From the IMG/VR virus record IMGVR_UViG_3300032173_000002, positions 1 to 64,000 of that record: 64,000 nt of DNA; one strand, given 5' to 3'. A program made the position numbers and the translations under genes. Under the pieces are notes generated by a model. The model was not told the DNA's origin, did not search any database, and saw only the letters and a program-made list of their open reading frames with translations. Below, in pieces: positions 57,292 through 64,000 of the stretch (the first letter of the stretch is position 1; every line of letters begins with the position of its first letter). The stretch is from a virus.

Positions 57292-57816
57292 ATGGCTGTT
57301 CCCACAGTTGAGCAGATCAGAGCCGTCGGTCGGTATCGGGTGAACTATCTGTGGAATGTTCAGTTCCCGACAAGCCCGTTCTCAGACTGGTTTCCAGCGA
57401 CTTCTGTAGATGAGGATGTAGTGGAAGTGGAATCCTATTCCTTTAATGGATTTCTCCACAAACACTCAATCCCGTCTTCTGGCTTTTCAGAGCCAAGAAA
57501 AGTTAGCATAACTTTCCTGGATGCAGAGGATATGAGATTATTCAACTGGCTAACGAACTGGATGAAGAATACTATCTTGAATGGAGGCAGAGGAGTAAGT
57601 CCTCTGGCGGATTGTGTCAAACCTGTGTTAATCTCCCGATTGGCAAATCAGAATGAAGTCGGGAAGTCTTCGTGGAAAGAACTCTCCACTGCTACATACT
57701 ATGTCTATCCAGTTGGTAAAATCTCATTTGAGGGGAAGTCCACTGAGGGGAAGTCCACAGAGCTCAGCTTAGTGTCTTACAAGCTGGATTTTGTTGTAGT
57801 TCATGTACTGGAGTAG
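57292..57816 (+). CDS. second tube-like protein
   Basis: N-terminus (VEQIRAVG..NYLW) parallels 56617; SITFLD, NW, VYP. Confidence 0.7.
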   Translation: MAVPTVEQIRAVGRYRVNYLWNVQFPTSPFSDWFPATSVDEDVVEVESYSFNGFLHKHSIPSSGFSEPRKVSITFLDAEDMRLFNWLTNWMKNTILNGGRGVSPLADCVKPVLISRLANQNEVGKSSWKELSTATYYVYPVGKISFEGKSTEGKSTELSLVSYKLDFVVVHVLE

Positions 57817-57831
57817 AAAGGAGCTTGTGTA

Positions 57832-58722
57832 ATGCCCAAGGTGGTGCTGAAGGAGAAGAAGGCTATACTTACGAAGGAACCCACCACTGAGAAGCTTTCC
57901 TGGATAAAAGTCAAGGGAGCTATCCCTTCAAAATGGTTGCCATACCCGAAGGGCCTGGAGATTTACTATCGTCCTTACACTCATGGCGATCTGCTCCTGT
58001 TTAATCAGACGAATCCAGATGGTAGCCCAGTAATGGATGCTGTTCAGAGGATAGAGTTTGTAATGAAGGGAATTGATGTAGGAGGTGCTCCATTCGATAA
58101 ATGGAGCATCTCTTATAGGGACTTTTTGTTCGTTTCGCTTTTGCGCAGATTATCTACCTTTGACACCAATCAGTTTGTTATGGCTTACAAGTGCTCAGTA
58201 TGCGGTGGAGAGAATCAAGCAATATTCTCCCTGGAGCAAGTAGATATTATGGATGTGGAAGTGCCTGCTCTCCCTGTAGTATATACGACCACAGAGGGAG
58301 AAGTGCTCCATTTTTCCTTGCTCACGGTGGGAGGTTATATGCGCCTACTGAAGGAAGGAAACTTGAAGGATGAGTTGGCTATTCTTTCAGAGATGCTAGT
58401 CAACTTTCAGGATAGGGAGAAAGCCTACAAGATCCTGTACGATGCAAGGGGGAAGGGTGGACAGGACATAGAGGCTTTGATAGAGATCAATACCATGCTT
58501 CTGACTGGGATTAAGCCTCTGGAGCACAAGTGTCAATTTTGTCTGAAGTTTAATGAGGAGGAGGAGCAGAAGGAGAAGAGCACACCGGGATACTCTGCTT
58601 ATTTTCGTGATCCGACAAATTATCTTAGTTTCTACGACCCAGAGGTGGTCGTATTTCCCTTTCGTCAACCTGACGACACTTTTAGAAATCGAATTCGCTT
58701 TGGCTTACAAGGGAATCGTTGA
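57832..58722 (+). CDS. baseplate hub/tail assembly chaperone (gp26-like)
   Basis: IPSKWLPY, RPYT, DFLFV..LRR, CSVC...CQFC; precedes the tape measure. Confidence 0.75.
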   Translation: MPKVVLKEKKAILTKEPTTEKLSWIKVKGAIPSKWLPYPKGLEIYYRPYTHGDLLLFNQTNPDGSPVMDAVQRIEFVMKGIDVGGAPFDKWSISYRDFLFVSLLRRLSTFDTNQFVMAYKCSVCGGENQAIFSLEQVDIMDVEVPALPVVYTTTEGEVLHFSLLTVGGYMRLLKEGNLKDELAILSEMLVNFQDREKAYKILYDARGKGGQDIEALIEINTMLLTGIKPLEHKCQFCLKFNEEEEQKEKSTPGYSAYFRDPTNYLSFYDPEVVVFPFRQPDDTFRNRIRFGLQGNR

Positions 58723-58819
58723 TGCTTGGAATATCAAGGAAATGGATTTTCAGGAAGTTACTGCTCTGTATGATCGCTTGAAGAAGCAAATAAAGGAAGA
58801 GAACCCGAATGCCGGATGA
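58655..58819 (+). CDS. gp51-like small chaperone, probably expressed via frameshift
   Basis: LLEIEFALAY...IKEMDFQE..ALYDRL.KQ; no credible start codon. Confidence 0.55.
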   Translation, partial: FPFVNLTTLLEIEFALAYKGIVDAWNIKEMDFQEVTALYDRLKKQIKEENPNAG

Positions 58820-61232
58820 GATAACAAGAGAGAGCATCAAAAGAGAAGCTAAGGAAATGGCCTCGCAGCTAGCAGAGGATGTAGCTGCTGGAGTTGGTGA
58901 TGCCCTGACTGGGGCCTTGGGAGTTAGAGCTTTGGAGAGTTCTTTCGCAGAGTTGGGAAAGAAACTGGGAGAGACTCTCACTAAGTCTTTGGCTGAGGAA
59001 GCAAGAAAGTCTCCTATCAGTAGGGAGATTCCCGGAGTGGTTTCCCCTACGGGACTTGGAACAGAGTTGGAGCATTTTCGGGAGCAGTTAGAGAGGCTTG
59101 TAGTCCAGCTAAGAAGTACGATTGATCTTCTAAGCAAGTCTGGGACTACCCTGGTTGGCGAAAGAGAGATGGGGCAGATACGCCAAGTGGCTGAAGCCAT
59201 TCTGGAGAGGCAGGGGATTACTCCTGAGACTGCAAGGAGTTTTGTAGATACGGTCAAGCAGGTTCAAGATACCTTGGGCCAGATGGGAGAAGAACAGAAG
59301 CAGTTTCAGGTAAGCATAAAAGATATTTTCGATGTCTATCATAAAATTCTTGAGGATCACCGAATTTCCTTGGATGTCCAGAGAGATTTGATAGAGGATG
59401 TCCAGCGATATATGTCAGGGGAGGAAACTCCGCTGGCCCGTGAGATTAGGGCTTTCGATGTTTCCCAATTAGACAAGGAGAAAGTTAAGGAATTCCTGGC
59501 TCTGATTGACCGAGCGAGGGAAGAGGAGTCAGGGGAGTTGAAGGGCACTTTGGAGGAGCTAAATCAAACTTTCCAGGAAGCTTTCCTCACTCCAGGAGAG
59601 ACCAGAGCTACTTGGTTTGAGAGAGTTCGATCTGCTGGGAAGCCTTTTGTCGAGGCTTTCGTGGAGGCTCCGGGGAAGTTTACTATCGGAAAAGATATTC
59701 GTGCTGGGTTGATGGATATGTTATTTGGTGGCATGGGGTTAGGGCCTTTGGCAAGAGAACTCAGGCTTCCAGAGAGGATGGAATCTTTGTGGGGGGTGGG
59801 AGTAGGAAAGATCCGGGAGCTTGCGGGAGGAATGTTCGGGAGAGGGGGACTATCACCAAGTGAGGAGATTCGTGAGACGAGAGAGGAAGTTAAAAGAGGT
59901 TCAGAACAGATACTGAAGACCATAGAATTGAAGGAGAAGAAAAGGGAGCTTACAGATGGAGAGCATCGGAAGAATATCCAGGCAATACTGAAACGGGTCC
60001 ATGCTCGACCTTCAGAGATGGTTCCTGAGATTGAGGAGTCTGCTGATATTGCCGCTTCCCCAAAAATGATAGAACGCTTGGGTCCTCGTTTTACTGGCTG
60101 GTTGACCAAAATGTTCCCTGGCTTATCTCAAATGCTCATGGGAGGTGGACTGGCTGGTGCAGCTTTGACAGCTGCGGGGGTTGCCGCCACGATTGGAATG
60201 TATGTTACAGCAGCAAAAACAGGCCTCGAGGCAAAGAAAACACTGGAAGACATAGGCAAGGCTAAGGAAGCTAAAGCAGTAGAATATGCGACAAGGGACA
60301 TCGGTGGACTTACTGCTATGATGGAGTCTCGAAGGGATTCTGGTGCGATTAGTGTAGATGTAAACCGAGCCAAGTCTTATGGAACTTATCAAATGAATGT
60401 GAAGGGAGAGTTACCTGGGTTTGTAGCGAGATATGGAGAGAAATTTGGATTGACTGCTCCGCTTGGTGAGAAAGAGTTCGATGTCCAGTGGAGAAAGGCT
60501 TATGCAGAAAGACCACAGGAGTTTGCAGCCAGTCAGCACATGTATATGGTTGATGTTCCCTATACTCGCCTGACCAAGCATATGAGGGGCAAGGGGATTG
60601 AAACTGCGGGGAAAAGTCGTCTCGCTTCTGCTATCTTTTCTGTTTCTACAACTCATGGATTTGAGGGACAAAAAATAATTGTAGAAGATGCGATTAAGTT
60701 TGCAAAAGAGCAAGGATTGAACTTCTCCGACTTACCAGAGGATAGACAGATTGATATTCTTTATTCTGCTCGTAGTGCTTATGTATCCAGAGCTCGTGGA
60801 ATACCTGAAAAAGCGAAGCCTGAGCTGTTAGATCGTTTTAAGAGGGAGAAAAGAATCTTAAAGGGAGAAGAGATGGCACCTGTAAAAGCTCCCGTTCCAT
60901 CTACAGTGGCTCCTACTCCATCTGTAGGAGCTCCTACTCCCTCCGCAGTGGCTCCAGGAGGAGAGTATATCTTACCAATTCCTGCTGGTGAAGAGTTGAG
61001 GCCGACTGCATTGTCTCCGACCAGAAAGCCTGCCACAACGATTACTGCCACCCCAACTCTAGCGAGAGAGCCCGTGGAGACTGTACCAGCGTTGGTTCCT
61101 CCTGCTGCTCCGCCTTCCGAGGCACCTGCTCCTCCTCCAGTTACTATGCCTTCTATCGTTCATATTACTGAGAGACGAAAATCTATTGACGATTATGGGA
61201 TTGCAATTGCTAATCTTGGCATGTGTTCGTAG
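58809..61232 (+). CDS. tape measure protein with lysozyme-fold muramidase domain
   Basis: Long helical N-part; TAMMES...SYGTYQM...FDVQW...F...QH...STTHG...LY.AR...RF.RE; Pro-rich tail. Confidence 0.75.
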   Translation: MPDEITRESIKREAKEMASQLAEDVAAGVGDALTGALGVRALESSFAELGKKLGETLTKSLAEEARKSPISREIPGVVSPTGLGTELEHFREQLERLVVQLRSTIDLLSKSGTTLVGEREMGQIRQVAEAILERQGITPETARSFVDTVKQVQDTLGQMGEEQKQFQVSIKDIFDVYHKILEDHRISLDVQRDLIEDVQRYMSGEETPLAREIRAFDVSQLDKEKVKEFLALIDRAREEESGELKGTLEELNQTFQEAFLTPGETRATWFERVRSAGKPFVEAFVEAPGKFTIGKDIRAGLMDMLFGGMGLGPLARELRLPERMESLWGVGVGKIRELAGGMFGRGGLSPSEEIRETREEVKRGSEQILKTIELKEKKRELTDGEHRKNIQAILKRVHARPSEMVPEIEESADIAASPKMIERLGPRFTGWLTKMFPGLSQMLMGGGLAGAALTAAGVAATIGMYVTAAKTGLEAKKTLEDIGKAKEAKAVEYATRDIGGLTAMMESRRDSGAISVDVNRAKSYGTYQMNVKGELPGFVARYGEKFGLTAPLGEKEFDVQWRKAYAERPQEFAASQHMYMVDVPYTRLTKHMRGKGIETAGKSRLASAIFSVSTTHGFEGQKIIVEDAIKFAKEQGLNFSDLPEDRQIDILYSARSAYVSRARGIPEKAKPELLDRFKREKRILKGEEMAPVKAPVPSTVAPTPSVGAPTPSAVAPGGEYILPIPAGEELRPTALSPTRKPATTITATPTLAREPVETVPALVPPAAPPSEAPAPPPVTMPSIVHITERRKSIDDYGIAIANLGMCS

Positions 61233-61241
61233 GAGAACAAA

Positions 61242-62033
61242 TTGGCTATCCTGAGAACAGAGTTTATCGAAGATACAATCAAGAATCCAAATGCTAGGGT
61301 TCAGATCATAGCAGATGGAGCAGGAGTGAATGTAATTAGCTGGCTTACTCGACCACTTCAGTTTACACAGCTGGGCTCCACTTGGAAAGCACCATTTGAG
61401 TTTACCCAAGCCCAAGGGATTCTCACAAATTTATACAATGTGTTCGCTCGGATGGGTGGCCTCCCGCAAGGAAAAATGGAATTACCAGCGCAGACCATTG
61501 CCTTCTGGGGAGGTAGTTCCAGACCGATCATAATCGCTGAACTCATGTTCGTTTCCTATATGAAGGGGGAAGATCCACGACAGCAAATACTTCAACTCAT
61601 AAAGTGTATAGCACCCACTACATTAGAGCTTACTATTCCCATCTTAGGCAAGGTCCAAGCAACTTACCAGGCCCCTCTTGGCTACGCTGGTGGTGCAGGT
61701 AGAACAGCTACCAGTGGGGCGACAGGGACAGTCCAGTTGAGTATTGGACAATGGTTCTGTGCTCGGAATTTGCTGGTGAGTTCTGTTAGCCCTGGTTTCT
61801 CTATCCAGACTACAAATGAGAACTGGCCTTTGTATGCTACTGCTACCGTAAACTTTGAGCCCTATATGATGCCCACTTTTAATGACTTCTGTGGCTGGTT
61901 CAAACAGCCAGTACAAGCGGAATCTACGCCCGGAGAAATAGTGGGTAAAGGCTCAAGAGAAGTTGGTAAGGATATAGTAAAAACTCCCTGGGGTGGAGTA
62001 ATCCCGGAGAAATGGGGGGAGGTAGGTCCGTAA
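61242..62033 (+). CDS. baseplate tube-initiator-like protein
   Basis: AFWGGS, LSIGQWF, GFS...WPLYATATVNF; position. Confidence 0.6.
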   Translation: MAILRTEFIEDTIKNPNARVQIIADGAGVNVISWLTRPLQFTQLGSTWKAPFEFTQAQGILTNLYNVFARMGGLPQGKMELPAQTIAFWGGSSRPIIIAELMFVSYMKGEDPRQQILQLIKCIAPTTLELTIPILGKVQATYQAPLGYAGGAGRTATSGATGTVQLSIGQWFCARNLLVSSVSPGFSIQTTNENWPLYATATVNFEPYMMPTFNDFCGWFKQPVQAESTPGEIVGKGSREVGKDIVKTPWGGVIPEKWGEVGP

Positions 62034-62035
62034 CT

Positions 62036-62374
62036 ATGTATTATATCAATTCGGATTTGGAAGGAAATAGATTCGACTTGGCTCGCTTCTGTGCTTTTAC
62101 CGAAAGCATCTACGACGACTTGGACTCATACTTTATGAGTGCTCTTCTGAAAATTCCTCCTGCAGGTGTTTATGTAATTCAGAAGGAGAGTAATCGTCCG
62201 GATGCTCTATCTTTCACTCTTTACAGAGACACGCAGTATTGGTGGATTCTACTCGTCTATAATGGAATGATTAGTCATGAAGAGCTTACTCCAGGGAGAA
62301 CTATTAGTTATCCCTCTTTGGATCAGCTTGAAACTCTCTACTTCCAACTAAATGCAATGGGTTCCTCTGTATGA
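62036..62374 (+). CDS. baseplate wedge gp53-like (LysM-like) protein
   Basis: RPDALSFTLY.DTQYWWILLVYNG...LTPG..I.YP. Confidence 0.85.
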   Translation: MYYINSDLEGNRFDLARFCAFTESIYDDLDSYFMSALLKIPPAGVYVIQKESNRPDALSFTLYRDTQYWWILLVYNGMISHEELTPGRTISYPSLDQLETLYFQLNAMGSSV

Positions 62375-63507
62375 TCGGCGTAGAAGGTCAGTATGTATTG
62401 AAATTCAAAATAGGTAAGTTTGACGACTTCCTTGCAGAGAGTGATTTGGAAGAGTTTACGATCATTGAAGAAGCTGGGAATGTCCTTCCCACCTTTGATT
62501 TGCTGTGCCGGGTTCGCTTTCCTGAAGTGATTGCTTATCTGAACGAGGGAAATATATTAGAAGCTGCTTTTGGTCAGAGACAATCGGAGATGATTAACTC
62601 CCGACTGCTGATAATGAACAAAGAGCTAATCGGGACAGGTTTGAGTCTTTATACAGTGAGGCTGAAAGGAATTTCCTGCTATCCTGGGTACCTATCCGAC
62701 AGCAAGACAAGAGTGTTGGGACCAATGTCGGCTATTGAAGCTGTAAGTCAAGTTGTTAGATCCTGGTTCAAGACGAACTTTAATGTTTCGTCCTCCCAGG
62801 ATAACCAACGATGGTACCAGGTGGGTATTTGCGACAAGCTATTCATAAATCACCTTTGGATTCATGCTTGGCTACCTAATTCCTTTCCCGCTGTGGGTAT
62901 CACTTGCGACGGGACATTTGTCCTGAGAGATGTTAGAGTACTGGCTGGACAAAAATACAAATGGAAACTCGTTCCTTATACTCCAGTGAAGAATGAGGAG
63001 ATTGGATTTAGCGGGGACTACTCTGTAAAATCGGAGTCTGGATTCTATAATCAATGGATGGGTTACGGTCGGGAGCGCCATGTATTGAATCTGGACACCG
63101 GAGATGCGAAGGTTGAATCACCTAATCCTATCGGGCCTATCCTTCCAGTTGCTTCCAAATTGGATCGTTACGGACAAGTTCAGAGCAAAAAGGATGAGTC
63201 CGGTTTCCTTAGTGAGAATGTAGATCCCAACTACCACAAGGCATATCTTCAGAATCTCTCCAGCTTAGCTGTTTTTTCCTCCACCGGGATTGAAGTGAGT
63301 TACGCAGGGAGATTCAAGAATACCAGGGTGCTGGATCTAGTAATGGTTACTGACAAGGACATAAGGACACCGAGTCAAGCAGCCGAGGCGCAGTCTGGTC
63401 TATATCTTGTTGGAAGGGTGACCAGGACTTTTACTAACAAGACCTTGGATACTTCGTTGAGACTTACAAGAGAGTCACTAAGCCAGATGAAGGGGGAGTT
63501 TAAGTAA
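62371..63507 (+). CDS. baseplate hub (gp27-like)
   Basis: Between gp53 and gp5; C-terminal SGLYLVGRVTRTF. Confidence 0.7.
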   Translation: MIGVEGQYVLKFKIGKFDDFLAESDLEEFTIIEEAGNVLPTFDLLCRVRFPEVIAYLNEGNILEAAFGQRQSEMINSRLLIMNKELIGTGLSLYTVRLKGISCYPGYLSDSKTRVLGPMSAIEAVSQVVRSWFKTNFNVSSSQDNQRWYQVGICDKLFINHLWIHAWLPNSFPAVGITCDGTFVLRDVRVLAGQKYKWKLVPYTPVKNEEIGFSGDYSVKSESGFYNQWMGYGRERHVLNLDTGDAKVESPNPIGPILPVASKLDRYGQVQSKKDESGFLSENVDPNYHKAYLQNLSSLAVFSSTGIEVSYAGRFKNTRVLDLVMVTDKDIRTPSQAAEAQSGLYLVGRVTRTFTNKTLDTSLRLTRESLSQMKGEFK

Positions 63508-63586
63508 AACCTCCTTAAAAACACCCTGAATTTCAGTAGAAATGCCCCTTAAAACCTATTTTCTTTTCTTACCCCTAATTTTTCCT
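63505..63586 (-). repeat. ~80-bp dispersed repeat, copy B (inverted)
   Basis: Reverse complement of 32851-32931. Confidence 0.9.
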
Positions 63587-63624
63587 TGGGTAGTGCTGTT
63601 AATTAGTGGAAATGGGAAATATCT

Positions 63625-64000
63625 ATGCTGATCCAGTTACCTGAATGGCTAAAGAAAAATTTCGATTTGAGGCGTCTCCACGAGGGTACTGTTCTGGACA
63701 ATAATGATCCACTCATGCTGGGGAGAGTCAAGGTGACAGTACCCGGAATCTTGGAAGGAAGTTCCTCTGACTTGCCCTGGGTCTACCCAATGACTCCCAC
63801 CTTCTTGGGAGGCGGTCAGGGGAGCATAGCATTCTTCGTTCCAGAATTAGACTCCAAGATTGCCGTATGGTTTCCAATGGAGGAAGTCTATTTTGGTTTC
63901 TACATTGGTCACTTTCATACCCAGTCTGCTCACGAGAGCCTCTTTGAGGAAGACTATCCTAACAGCTATGGATTCAAGGACTCCGGCGGCACTTACCTTT
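63625..64000 (+). CDS. gp5/VgrG-like baseplate spike, N-terminal OB fold (truncated by window edge)
   Basis: GTVLDNNDPLMLGRVKVTVP...LPW...FFVPELDSKIAVWF. Confidence 0.9.
   Translation, partial: MLIQLPEWLKKNFDLRRLHEGTVLDNNDPLMLGRVKVTVPGILEGSSSDLPWVYPMTPTFLGGGQGSIAFFVPELDSKIAVWFPMEEVYFGFYIGHFHTQSAHESLFEEDYPNSYGFKDSGGTYL

Noticed and set aside
57729-57758. 15-bp tandem duplication (EGKST x2) and 21-bp duplication near 16323
   Set aside because: Simple in-frame slippage duplications with no further structure
1-64000. Minus-strand ORFs in the six-frame track
   Set aside because: They are shadows of + strand genes, with no RBS or motifs
1-64000. Stop-codon reassignment
   Set aside because: Long core genes are intact in code 11, and TAA, TAG and TGA all end genes; no suppressor tRNA seen

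Overview
This is a 64-kb segment of a large contractile-tailed (myovirus-type) dsDNA phage with T4-superfamily-like head and tail morphogenesis genes. Essentially all real genes lie on the + strand. Layout: (1) 1-5.9 kb, small accessory and repair genes (DUF5565/RLIG1-type RNA ligase, SEC-C protein, SbcD/Mre11 and a split SbcC/Rad50, tRNA-CAT, a TnpB/IS605 right-end remnant); (2) 5.9-16 kb, SLT transglycosylase, GT4-GT9 fusion, terminase and portal; (3) 16.4-19 kb, a structured non-coding stretch and a lysis module; (4) 19-33 kb, fibre and virion proteins, including a 7x44-aa beta-propeller fibre; (5) 33-41 kb, a phosphatase, methyltransferase, glycosyltransferase, B12-radical SAM and ATP-grasp cassette; (6) 39-48 kb, a dense array of small genes; (7) 48.8-64 kb, prohead protease-scaffold, major capsid, neck, an intein-split SWIM protein, sheath, two tubes, chaperone, tape measure, baseplate and a partial gp5-like spike. 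The main observation is that about 25 unrelated ORFs, internal starts and tiny 'empty' peptides share one short N-terminal leader, M-[S/T/N]-[K/R]-A-x-x-hydrophobic-hydrophobic-x(0-4)-E. It resembles the T4 capsid-targeting sequence that the prohead protease cleaves after Glu, which suggests a large, modular repertoire of capsid-packaged cargo proteins. Other signals: two orphan TnpB omegaRNA-like ends, a ~300-nt structured candidate ncRNA, an ~80-bp dispersed inverted repeat, a 6-Cys module family and a likely +1 frameshift in the tail chaperone. All functional calls come from reading motifs by eye; no database searches were run.
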